Shown one piece after another: positions 1 through 7,980 of a stretch of 31,748 nt of DNA. The stretch spans positions 1 to 31,748 of the forward strand of contig JANOTL010000137.1 in the NCBI GenBank assembly GCA_031416315.1, written 5' to 3'. The DNA is from Pseudomonadota bacterium (GTDB lineage: Bacteria; Bdellovibrionota_B; Oligoflexia; Oligoflexales; CAIYRB01). The notes under the pieces are model-generated. The model was not told the DNA's origin and searched no databases. It saw only the letters and a program-made list of their open reading frames with translations. The first letter of the stretch is position 1. Every line of letters begins with the position of its first letter. The position numbers and the translations under genes were made by a program.

Positions 1-68
1 GCGGAAGCGCAGATCGGCCGGCCGGAGCCTCTTTAGAATACCGCCGGCCGGCCGGTCCACGCTTCCGC
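1..68. repeat. Long GC-rich inverted repeat (REP-like hairpin) downstream of the acyltransferase; may extend beyond the window edge
   Basis: Arms 1-25 (GCGGAAGCGCAGATCGGCCGGCCGG) and 44-68 are complementary at 22 of 25 positions; 18-nt loop. Confidence 0.75.
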
Positions 69-102
69 CCCTCCGCGCTTCGGCGATAAAAAATCATGAC
101 AA

Positions 103-924
103 CTATCGCATCAGCTCCGCGTTCATTTCCTGAAACTCCGCCGTCAACCACCGCGCCACCTCCGCCGCATCCGTCGGCAGCTCCGCGATCGGATACCTCT
201 TCACGATCAGCCGAATCTCCGGCACCGCCCCACTAAACAACTGAACCAGAGTCGGGGCGGCCTCCCCAGGGTAGACAACCGTGATGCCATAAACCGCCTG
301 CACTTTACCCGAAAGCCCCTGCAACGCCGCCGCGAACCCCTTCGGCCGCGGCAACATCACCCGCTTCGTTGCGGGATACCCGAGCTTCGCCGCCTGCCGC
401 ATGCTCGCCGCATGCTTCTCCGGCGTCTTCCGCGTCCCCTCGGGAAACAACACCAACCACACCGGCTCCGCTTTCCCTCGAAGCCGCTCGAACGTCCCGA
501 GGATCCGCGCCCGATCCTTCGACCAATCCCTTTTCACGAACAAAAAATCGAGCGACAGCATCGCCCACCCCAGAAACGGCACGAACCTCATGCTCGCCTT
601 CACCATCCAGCGCATGTCGGTCACGCGCCCCATCGGCAGGGCCATGTTCAAGAGCACGACGATGTCGGCCATCGACTGATGGTTCGCGAAGACGACCGCG
701 CTCTCACCCGGCGGCAGCGCGTCCCCCATGACCACGAGCCGCGTACCGTGGATCTTCTCCACGATGACGCGCCACCACGACCACACCGCAGTGGCGATCA
801 CCATGTTCACGCGGTGGAACAGGGGTCGGGAAACCGGGAGCAGGACGAGGCTCGCCGTTTGGAGGAGGTTGGCCGCGATCAGGGGGGTGAAGGCGACGAA
901 GACCCAGAGGGGCGCGAGCAGCAT
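103..924 (-). CDS. Lysophospholipid / 1-acyl-sn-glycerol-3-phosphate acyltransferase family protein (LPLAT), 273 aa
   Basis: NHQSMAD (HX4D), FPEGTR and LPRPKG motifs; hydrophobic N-terminus; start moved from 1005 to the ATG at 924, preceded by a GAGGT Shine-Dalgarno. Confidence 0.88.
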   Translation of the reverse strand: MLLAPLWVFVAFTPLIAANLLQTASLVLLPVSRPLFHRVNMVIATAVWSWWRVIVEKIHGTRLVVMGDALPPGESAVVFANHQSMADIVVLLNMALPMGRVTDMRWMVKASMRFVPFLGWAMLSLDFLFVKRDWSKDRARILGTFERLRGKAEPVWLVLFPEGTRKTPEKHAASMRQAAKLGYPATKRVMLPRPKGFAAALQGLSGKVQAVYGITVVYPGEAAPTLVQLFSGAVPEIRLIVKRYPIAELPTDAAEVARWLTAEFQEMNAELMR

Positions 925-1051
925 CGGGATAACCTCTTGAAAACATTGGATCTGGCAGCAGGGGCAGGCCTTCGAGAAAAGGCTAGCGCGGCGGAAAGCC
1001 TGCATATATATTCGCCAACCTCAGACGCGACTGTTGGAGCATTTTGAACTC

Positions 1052-1495
1052 ATGAAGACGCACATCGTCAAACCGGTAGATTTCAAAAAGAAGTGGGTCA
1101 TCGTCGACGCCGCCGACCAAACGCTCGGCCGTCTCGCGAGCCAGGTGGCCCTCGTGCTGCGTGGCAAGCATCGCCCGATCTTCACGCCGTACATGGACAC
1201 CGGCGACGCCGTGATCGTCATCAACGCCGCGAAAATCAAGATGACGGGCAACAAGCTCGACGACAAGATGTACCACCACCACACGGGCTACATGGGCGGC
1301 ATCAAGTCCATCACCGCCCGCGACCTGCTCGCGAAATCCCCCGAGAAGCTCGTCGGCGGCGCCATCCGCGGGATGCTCCCGAAGAACAAGCTCGGCCGCG
1401 AGATCGCGACCCACCTGCGCGTCTACGCCGACGCGAACCACGGTCAAGAAGCGCAGAAGCCCGAGCCGATGGCCGTGCGGACTGCCGGCAAATAA
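1052..1495 (+). CDS. rplM: 50S ribosomal protein L13
   Basis: KWVIVDA, LGRLASQVA, GKHRPIFTP, DTGDAVIVINA, YHHHTGYMGG, RGMLPKNKLGR; GGAG upstream of ATG 1052; followed by rpsI. Confidence 0.98.
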   Translation: MKTHIVKPVDFKKKWVIVDAADQTLGRLASQVALVLRGKHRPIFTPYMDTGDAVIVINAAKIKMTGNKLDDKMYHHHTGYMGGIKSITARDLLAKSPEKLVGGAIRGMLPKNKLGREIATHLRVYADANHGQEAQKPEPMAVRTAGK

Positions 1496-1531
1496 TTTCT
1501 TTCGATCTCGATCTTAGGACGAAGACGACAT

Positions 1532-1924
1532 ATGGCACCGAAGTACATTCACACGGTCGGCAAGCGTAAGACGGCAATCGCCCGCATCTGGATGAAGCCC
1601 GGCAAGGGCGACATCATCATCAACAAGCGCACGATGGACGAATACTTCATCCGCGCGACGTCGAAGATGGTCCTGATGCAGCCGCTCGAGCTGACGGCCA
1701 ACCTCGGCAAGTACGACATCCGCGTCAACGTCATCGGCGGCGGCCTCTCGGGCCAAGCCGGCGCGATCCGCCACGCGATCTCGCGCGCGATCGCCGGACA
1801 AGACGTCGAGGCCCGCAAGATCCTGAAGAAGGCCGGCTTGATCACGCGCGACTCGCGTAAGAAAGAGCGTAAGCTTCCGGGTCAGCCTGCTTCGCGGAAA
1901 CGCTTCCAGTACTCGAAGCGCTAA
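1532..1924 (+). CDS. rpsI: 30S ribosomal protein S9
   Basis: [40 protein letters not shown]-terminal QYSKR; canonical rplM-rpsI order. Confidence 0.98.
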   Translation: MAPKYIHTVGKRKTAIARIWMKPGKGDIIINKRTMDEYFIRATSKMVLMQPLELTANLGKYDIRVNVIGGGLSGQAGAIRHAISRAIAGQDVEARKILKKAGLITRDSRKKERKLPGQPASRKRFQYSKR

Positions 1925-1937
1925 TCGAAGGCGCCGC

Positions 1938-1966
1938 AAAGACCGCTCCCCCTGGGGGCGGTTTTT
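1938..1966 (+). terminator. Intrinsic terminator of rplM-rpsI
   Basis: ACCGCTCCC...GGGGGCGGT hairpin followed by a T run, shortly after the rpsI stop. Confidence 0.8.
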
Positions 1967-2028
1967 CGCTATTTATTGCCTTTCTGCTGTACGATTGAGC
2001 ATACACCGCTGACGCCGAGGCGTATTCC

Positions 2029-2427
2029 ATGGCCGAGAACATCGACGATCTCACGATTGCCTTTTATCAGGACGATCGCAATGTTCTGAAAGAGCTCAAC
2101 AAAGTTGTGCTCACGCGCGGCAATTGGACGACGATCATGTATCTCTTCCAAGAGCTCAACAAAAAAACGAACGAATATGAGGCGCCGAAAGTTTCGATCC
2201 GGCGGTACCAGAAGCGCGGCGGTGTTTACAAGCAGCAGTCGAAGTTCAACATCTCGAGCGCCAAACAGGGCCGCGAGATCGCCGCGATCCTCCTCAAATG
2301 GTTCGACGACGAAGCCATGGCGAGGGAGAAAGAGCTGCGCGCGGCTAAAGGCGCCGCGGCAAAGGCCGAGGGCGAAGAGGAAGATGCGACCGCGACCGAG
2401 GAAGTCACGATGCAGCGCGACATCTGA
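2029..2427 (+). CDS. Conserved hypothetical protein, 132 aa, possibly a PC4/YdbC-like nucleic-acid-binding fold
   Basis: GAGG upstream; protein-like core (KELNKVVLTRGNWTTIMY...SIRRYQKRGGVYKQQSKFNISS) that I recall from deltaproteobacterial hypotheticals; acidic low-complexity tail. Confidence 0.8.
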   Translation: MAENIDDLTIAFYQDDRNVLKELNKVVLTRGNWTTIMYLFQELNKKTNEYEAPKVSIRRYQKRGGVYKQQSKFNISSAKQGREIAAILLKWFDDEAMAREKELRAAKGAAAKAEGEEEDATATEEVTMQRDI

Positions 2428-2458
2428 TTCGCGCGTCGTCCGACCCTCGCTTCCGCAC

Positions 2459-2486
2459 AAGACGCGCACCCTGCGGTGCGCGTTTT
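2459..2486. terminator. Probable bidirectional intrinsic terminator between convergent genes
   Basis: AAGACGCGCACC-CTGC-GGTGCGCGTTTT hairpin. Confidence 0.75.
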
Positions 2487-2731
2487 CATTTTCGCCGCAG
2501 ATGCCGCGCTTCGCGCTTCTTCGCCCAGCGGTAAACGACGTAGCCGCTGCCGACGCCCAAAAGCAGACTGACGGCCGGAAACGCCACCTCGCTCCAGCCG
2601 ATCTTGAACCCGTCGCCGCCCTTATAAGGCTGACGCGCGGCGTCGATGAATTCGATCAGAAAAAAACTCGAGCACAGTCCCGTCGTCAGCATCCACAGGG
2701 CGGCGAACGCGACGACGAACCTCACGACCAT
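2486..2731 (-). CDS. Small two-TM membrane protein, 81 aa (MVVRFVVAFAALW...KKREARHLRRK)
   Basis: C-terminal part of track ORF 2486..3358; ATG at 2731 overlaps the end of the upstream gene by 10 nt; two hydrophobic stretches and a basic tail. Confidence 0.6.
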   Translation of the reverse strand: MVVRFVVAFAALWMLTTGLCSSFFLIEFIDAARQPYKGGDGFKIGWSEVAFPAVSLLLGVGSGYVVYRWAKKREARHLRRK

Positions 2732-3465
2732 CTCAAGAAGCGCCCGAGACGGCTCGCAAGACTCCGCCGCTGGCGACGCTTCGGCATGATCTTCGCGTCG
2801 AGATCCATGCGCTTCTCCAGATACGCGAGCGTGGCGCGGTCGACCTCGCCGTGCGCGCTCGCCCACCACGTCGAAGGATCGAGGGAGATCTGCTGCGCCG
2901 TGAGCCCATGCTCCAGCTCGTCGTCGAAGTGCGCGAGCTCCGTCGAAGGCGACCACACCGCGCGCGCTTCCCCCCACTGGAACGCGCCGAGCTCGCGCGC
3001 GAACGGGGCCGGATCCGCGAGGAGGACGACGACGTCGGCGCGCGTCATGATGATGAGGCCGGAAATCATCAAAGAGATCGCGTCCCGATGCGCCGCGGCC
3101 GAGACGCCGGGGGCAGCGCAGACGACCGCGTGCACGATGCGAAAATTTCGGAAAAAAGCCTGCGCCTCCAGGGCGATGAGCACCTCGTCGCCCGGTCCCG
3201 GCGCATAAAGCCAGCGCCCGCAGACGCTCGCCTCTTGGTGCCGCGCGCGCGCGCCGAAAGACTCCGGCGGCGCCCGGAACATGCCGACGGCCGGGCCTTG
3301 GCGCAACTGCCGAAACACCGCCCTTTGCGCCTCGTTCCAAGCCTCTGCGTGGAGCCAACGAAAGTCTGGAGTGGTCAGTGAGCTGACCGCGAGTCGTGGT
3401 ATGATCGACTCACGCTTCGCCTTCGTTCCTCGCCGCATTCCGGTGCCGAAACCGGTCATCGCCAT
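2722..3465 (-). CDS. Hypothetical protein, 247 aa
   Basis: Fills the space between terminator and divergent promoter; AAGGGG upstream of ATG; globular composition unlike the Arg/Pro-rich shadow frames. Confidence 0.7.
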   Translation of the reverse strand: MAMTGFGTGMRRGTKAKRESIIPRLAVSSLTTPDFRWLHAEAWNEAQRAVFRQLRQGPAVGMFRAPPESFGARARHQEASVCGRWLYAPGPGDEVLIALEAQAFFRNFRIVHAVVCAAPGVSAAAHRDAISLMISGLIIMTRADVVVLLADPAPFARELGAFQWGEARAVWSPSTELAHFDDELEHGLTAQQISLDPSTWWASAHGEVDRATLAYLEKRMDLDAKIMPKRRQRRSLASRLGRFLRWS

Positions 3466-3523
3466 ACCCCTTCGTTCGCCTTAAGCTCCCTGAGTTTAGC
3501 AAGAAAGCTCCCTGGAGGTCTTC

Positions 3524-4036
3524 ATGTTCAACAGCCCGAAACCCACCGCCGACAAGCTGAAGCCCAAGAGCGTCCCGCGCGACGGCGCCGTGACCATCCT
3601 GACCAACGGCTGCCATTTCTCTGGCAAGCTCTACTGCCGCGGCGCCAGTCGCATCGGCGGCAAGATCGAAGGTCAGATCGTCTCCGAGGGCCTCTTGATC
3701 ATCGAAGAGGAAGCGGTGATCAACGCCGAGATCAAGGCCGACGAGGCCATCATCCAAGGCCGCATCACGGGCAAGCTCACGGCCACCGGCCGGGTCGAGC
3801 TCTGCGCGACGAGCAAGGTCGAGGGCGACATCCACACGCCGGTCTTGATCGTCCGCGAAGGCGCGCAATTCAACGGCCGCTCGACGGTGATGGAAGTCAC
3901 CGCGGCGAAGGACGTGAAGGCGCCGAAGATCCTCTCGGGCGGCAAGAACGCCAAGGACGGGCGCGGCCCCGACATCGGCGAGAACGTGAAAAATCCCGAC
4001 GTCGCGGCCTTCAAGATCCCCGAAGTGAACGTCTGA
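3524..4036 (+). CDS. Bactofilin (polymer-forming cytoskeletal protein, CcmA/BacA family)
   Basis: Beta-helix repeats TIL..GCHFSGKL..RIGGKIEGQI..INAEIKADEAIIQGRITG..VEGDIHTPVLIVREGAQFNG; GGAGG SD. Confidence 0.92.
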   Translation: MFNSPKPTADKLKPKSVPRDGAVTILTNGCHFSGKLYCRGASRIGGKIEGQIVSEGLLIIEEEAVINAEIKADEAIIQGRITGKLTATGRVELCATSKVEGDIHTPVLIVREGAQFNGRSTVMEVTAAKDVKAPKILSGGKNAKDGRGPDIGENVKNPDVAAFKIPEVNV

Positions 4037-4039
4037 GTC

Positions 4040-4645
4040 GTGTGGCGCGCTTTCACCGGCTTTCCCCGTGAGACGCTGCCGCAACGCATCGCCGGCCTCG
4101 GTCCGGCGACGACGCCTTGGGGCGAGCTGTGGTCACCCGGACAGACGCCGAAAGGGCGAGCTTCCGCGGTGATCATCCTTTTCTTGCCGCCGCTCCCGGG
4201 CGACAAGGCCGCGCGCGTCGCCTTCATTCGGCGCAGCACCACGGTGCGCTCGCATCGCGGTCAGGTCGCGTTTCCCGGCGGGCGCGCCGATCCGGAGGAC
4301 CCGTCGCCCGCCGTGACGGCGCTACGTGAGCTGCAGGAGGAGCTCGGCATCGACCCGGAGCGCGTCACCCTGATCGGCGCCCTGCCGGGAGCGCCGGCGC
4401 TCGACGGCGGCCCGGTGATCCCCGTGATCGGCGCGGCGCATTGCGAGCTGGCAGACCTTCGCCCTTCCCCCGACGAGGTCGACCTGGTCTTCGCCGAGCC
4501 GTGGACGGCGCTGACCCGCGCGGCCGACCGGCCCTTCGCCTTCAACGTCTTCGGCTCCTGGCGGGAGTCGCACTTCTTCCCGGTGCCGGGCGGCAAGGTT
4601 TGGGGGCTCACGGCCCATCTTCTGGCGCGTGCCGACCTCGCGTGA
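4040..4645 (+). CDS. Nudix hydrolase, CoA pyrophosphatase (NudL/PCD1) subfamily
   Basis: RS..VRSHRGQVAFPGG, Nudix box GGRADPED...ALRELQEELGI, SPDEV, VWGLTA; GTG start 3 nt after the bactofilin stop. Confidence 0.9.
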   Translation: MWRAFTGFPRETLPQRIAGLGPATTPWGELWSPGQTPKGRASAVIILFLPPLPGDKAARVAFIRRSTTVRSHRGQVAFPGGRADPEDPSPAVTALRELQEELGIDPERVTLIGALPGAPALDGGPVIPVIGAAHCELADLRPSPDEVDLVFAEPWTALTRAADRPFAFNVFGSWRESHFFPVPGGKVWGLTAHLLARADLA

Positions 4646-4678
4646 TAGGAAACGGGGGTAACTTCCCCGGAGCCCGCG

Positions 4679-5059
4679 ATGTCCTCTCACTCCCCCGTTC
4701 GCCTCGTCCTCGCCGGTATCGGACTGGCCGCCCTCTGCGCGGGCGTCTACGTCGGCTGCACGCAAGAGCAGCAGAACCGCATCTCGCGCGAGATCCAGAA
4801 CTTCACCGGCACGAACGGCGTCCTCGACGTCCTGGGCGGCAACGGCACGATCGTCTTCCGCTTCATCAAGATCGACAAGATCTCGACCGCGACGGCGACC
4901 TCGGGCACGAGCAACGACGCGCGCCCCTATCGCTTCGGCTACGGCGTCCTCGACAGAAACCAGAACTACAAGCAGGACGCCGACGAGAAGAAGCTCTACT
5001 TCGAAGTCTCGGACTACTCCACGCCCTACGTCTTCTATGAGAATCCAGTCCCTGACTGA
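4679..5059 (+). CDS. Hypothetical exported protein / probable lipoprotein, 126 aa
   Basis: Hydrophobic signal ending YVGC; host-like codon usage. Confidence 0.75.
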   Translation: MSSHSPVRLVLAGIGLAALCAGVYVGCTQEQQNRISREIQNFTGTNGVLDVLGGNGTIVFRFIKIDKISTATATSGTSNDARPYRFGYGVLDRNQNYKQDADEKKLYFEVSDYSTPYVFYENPVPD

Positions 5060-6074
5060 AACTGAGACGCCCATTCTAGACGTCCGCAGCCCCTCGGAAT
5101 TCGCGCACGGCTCGATTCCCGGCGCGAAAAACCTGCCCCTCCTCGACGACGCCGAGCGCGAGCAGGTCGGGACGGTCTACAAGCAGATGTCTTCGGCCGA
5201 GGCGTTGCAGCTCGGCATTCAGCTCTTTGCGGCGAAGGCACCGGCGTTTCAGGCGCTCGGCGAAGAGCTGATCGGCGCCGGCAGGACCGTCACCGTGCAC
5301 TGCGCGCGCGGCGGACAGCGCTCCGGCTTCGTCGGCGCCTGGCTCCGGTCGCAAGGCTACGCCGTGTCCGTCCTTCCGGGTGGGTACAAGCGGTACCGGC
5401 AAGGGGTCATAGGGCGCCTCGGCGAGCTCGCACGGCGGCAGCTGCTCGTGCTCGACGGACGTACGGGCTCTGGCAAGACGGATATTCTGCGCGTACTCAT
5501 CGGCCAAGTGCCATGCCTCGACTTCGAGGGCTACGCGGAGCATCGCGGCTCGGCTTTCGGCGACTTCGCGCTGCCGGGAGCGGTGGCTACGCAGCAAAAC
5601 TTCGAGAACCGCCTCGACGCCGCCTACGTGAAGCTGCCCCCGGCCGGTGAGATCTTGGTCGAGATCGAGACGATGCTCGGGCCCATCAGCCTGCCAAAAC
5701 CCTTGCGGGATCGCCTCGAAGCCTCCGACGTCGTGCTCCTGACGCGCACGTTCGAGGACCGCGTCGAGCGGTTGGCGGCCGAATACACGCGCGGCTGGAC
5801 CGCGGCGATGGACGAACTCTTCGTGCGGCGGCTCGAGCTCTTGCGGCGGCACCTCTCAAAGGACGAGTCCGCGACGCTCGTCGCCGCGGTCAGGCGGCGG
5901 GATTTCCGCAGCGCCGTGGTGCTCTTGCTCGACAGGCGCTACGACAAGGTCTACGACAAGGGCATCTCGAGGCGGCGCGGCCGGGTCGTGATGGAGCTCG
6001 ACCTCACGCACGACGAGCCCGGCGCGCTGGCCTGGCTGCGCGAGCGCTTCAGAAGCCGAGCGCAAACCACGTGA
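5037..6074 (+). CDS. mnmH: tRNA 2-selenouridine synthase (SelU/MnmH)
   Basis: Rhodanese domain (LDVRSPSEF, GSIPGAKNLPL, HCARGGQRS, GGYKRYR) plus P-loop GRTGSGKT, LDFEGYAEHRGSAFG, QQNFEN. Confidence 0.92.
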   Translation: MRIQSLTETETPILDVRSPSEFAHGSIPGAKNLPLLDDAEREQVGTVYKQMSSAEALQLGIQLFAAKAPAFQALGEELIGAGRTVTVHCARGGQRSGFVGAWLRSQGYAVSVLPGGYKRYRQGVIGRLGELARRQLLVLDGRTGSGKTDILRVLIGQVPCLDFEGYAEHRGSAFGDFALPGAVATQQNFENRLDAAYVKLPPAGEILVEIETMLGPISLPKPLRDRLEASDVVLLTRTFEDRVERLAAEYTRGWTAAMDELFVRRLELLRRHLSKDESATLVAAVRRRDFRSAVVLLLDRRYDKVYDKGISRRRGRVVMELDLTHDEPGALAWLRERFRSRAQTT

Positions 6075-7662
6075 CGAAGCGGTAGCGGCCCAGAATGTTC
6101 CACAGCGCCACCGGCTGCTCCAGGTTGGCGCGGCCAAGGTAGATACCCGGCGCGACCATGCGGATCTCGTCGCGGATCGCGCGCGCGGCGACGCGATTCG
6201 ACGCCGCGTAATTGAGGAGGATGGAGGGCTTGCCGTCGCCGCTCAGGCCCTCGGGGATGCGCACCACCTCGGCCGATACGTCCTGGATCCAGTCGCCGGC
6301 GAGCTTGTTGACGAGCGTCGTCTTGCCGTTCGCGTCGGTGGTGAAGCGTTTGCCCTCCCAGAAGTTGAAGGCGAAGTTGGTCACCGTGACGCTACCGGGC
6401 AGGATGATCGGCAGGCCGGTGCCGTCGGCGGTGGCGCCGGGGTTGGCGGCGCTCGGCACGAGCTCGGCCGTGCCGCGGGCGAAGAGGACCTCCAGATCCT
6501 TGTTTTTCAGGGCTTTCAGATCGTCCAAGCGCGTGACCGCGGCGGGCGCGCCGAGATCGGGCGTCGCCGGCACCTGGTAGAAAGGCGAGCTGTCGTCGCA
6601 GACGTCGCCGTTGTTGGCCTTCGCCCAGGCCTTGAGCTGCGCGTACTCGCCCGCAACCTTCGCGAAATAGGCGGTCGGGACATGCTCCCTCAGCTCCTCG
6701 AAAGCGGTGGGGACCGAGGCCTCGACCATGTTCTGCTGGATGAGCTGGCTCATCTTGTAGCGCGTCATCGCCGCGCCCTCGCCTTCGGCGTAGAGGCGGC
6801 CGTCGTCGGAGAGGAAGAAGACTTTGCCGAAGTGCTGCTTATAGCCAAGCGCGGTGGGCGGCACACGCGTCACGATGTCGTTGCCGTTGCGTAGGCGCAC
6901 CACGGGGAACTGCGGCGCGGACTGGTAGGCGGCGACCAGCTTCGAGATGAATTGATCGTCGCCGACGCGGGGAGAGCCCATCGTGTAGAGACCCTTGAGC
7001 GAGGGCCGTACGTCCTTGAGCGAGTCGAGCAAGACGACGCGGGCAGTCGTGAGAGTCGCGAGCGCGGCGCCGAGGGAATGACCGGCGACGAACACGGATT
7101 TGCCGGTCGCGGCGGCCCTTTTCAGTTGGGCCTCGACCTTGCCCCAGACGCTGTCCAAGGCGGCATTGAAACCTTTGTGAATCTTGCCGTTGCCGGCGGC
7201 GTCGAACGCGACGAGCGTGGCTTTCGTGTCGCTGACGATGTCCTGCACGTCGATGCGGTCAAGCGGCGTACCGCGGAAGGTGAGGATCGCGGCGTTGTCG
7301 GTCTCGATCCATAGCGCCTGGGTCGAGGGCTCGAGAGGATTGGTCCCGTCAGGGCTGGCGATGAACTCGACCGAGAGGGAGGGTCCCCTCTTCTTGATCT
7401 CCGCGGTCACGCTTTCGAGCGTGTCCTTCGTCGCATAGACGTAGGCCGAGGCGAGGGTGAGCCAATAGGCGTTCACGACGTTGAACTTCTGGGCGTTGGC
7501 GCAGAAGGAATAGGCGTCCTCGTCGAATCTGATCTCCAATCCCTCGGCGGCCCCGGTGTCGAAGTCTTTCACCGCCGCGGCGGGCTGGGCGCTGTCAGCG
7601 GTCTTGCAGGCGAAAGGAATGGAGGCAGAGACGAGCAAAGCCGTAGCACGAAAGAGCTGCAT
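6049..7662 (-). CDS. Class-3 lipase lipoprotein with an extra C-terminal domain, 537 aa
   Basis: Lipobox PFAC; FRGT, IHKGF, GHSLGAALA nucleophile elbow, GSPRVG, NDIVTRVPP; ~170-aa C-terminal module (FWEGKRF...IRDEIRMVAPGIYLGRA). Confidence 0.88.
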   Translation of the reverse strand: MQLFRATALLVSASIPFACKTADSAQPAAAVKDFDTGAAEGLEIRFDEDAYSFCANAQKFNVVNAYWLTLASAYVYATKDTLESVTAEIKKRGPSLSVEFIASPDGTNPLEPSTQALWIETDNAAILTFRGTPLDRIDVQDIVSDTKATLVAFDAAGNGKIHKGFNAALDSVWGKVEAQLKRAAATGKSVFVAGHSLGAALATLTTARVVLLDSLKDVRPSLKGLYTMGSPRVGDDQFISKLVAAYQSAPQFPVVRLRNGNDIVTRVPPTALGYKQHFGKVFFLSDDGRLYAEGEGAAMTRYKMSQLIQQNMVEASVPTAFEELREHVPTAYFAKVAGEYAQLKAWAKANNGDVCDDSSPFYQVPATPDLGAPAAVTRLDDLKALKNKDLEVLFARGTAELVPSAANPGATADGTGLPIILPGSVTVTNFAFNFWEGKRFTTDANGKTTLVNKLAGDWIQDVSAEVVRIPEGLSGDGKPSILLNYAASNRVAARAIRDEIRMVAPGIYLGRANLEQPVALWNILGRYRFVTWFALGF

Positions 7663-7788
7663 GGCGTTGATCCTAGTAGGGGTAAGGTCCCTAAAGGATA
7701 CGTCATTTCGTCGGCCGGCAGTAGGCTATGTCCCTAAGATGCCGTCCCGAAACGGACTAGGTCGCGCTCGGCAGTTAACGAACAAATT

Positions 7789-7980
7789 CTAAAACAGGGA
7801 ATACACAAAGGGCGCCAGTGGTGATGCCAAGTGCACGAAGTAGAGCAGCGTCGCGGCCGCGAACAGAACGATGGCGACCGGAATCAAGGCCGCCATGCGG
7901 TTGGCGCGGAGCGCCTGCAACACGGCGCGGGCGGTGCGGGCATTGGTCCGGGCGGTGACGAAGAGCGCGCGTGCGTTCAT
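7789..7980 (-). CDS. DUF5989 (SxtK-like) small membrane protein, 63 aa
   Basis: Single TM helix and C-terminal SPLAPFVYSLF (family-typical APFIYTLF); ATGA overlap with the carbamoyltransferase stop. Confidence 0.85.
   Translation of the reverse strand: MNARALFVTARTNARTARAVLQALRANRMAALIPVAIVLFAAATLLYFVHLASPLAPFVYSLF

Noticed and set aside
5037..6074. Selenoprotein (UGA read-through) near selU or in iorAB
   Set aside because: No in-frame TGA interrupting a recognisable domain; genes end where their families normally end
7687..7737. GTCCCTAA repeated twice upstream of the lipase; possible riboswitch or operator
   Set aside because: Only 8 bp, two copies 43 nt apart, and no recognisable RNA family structure
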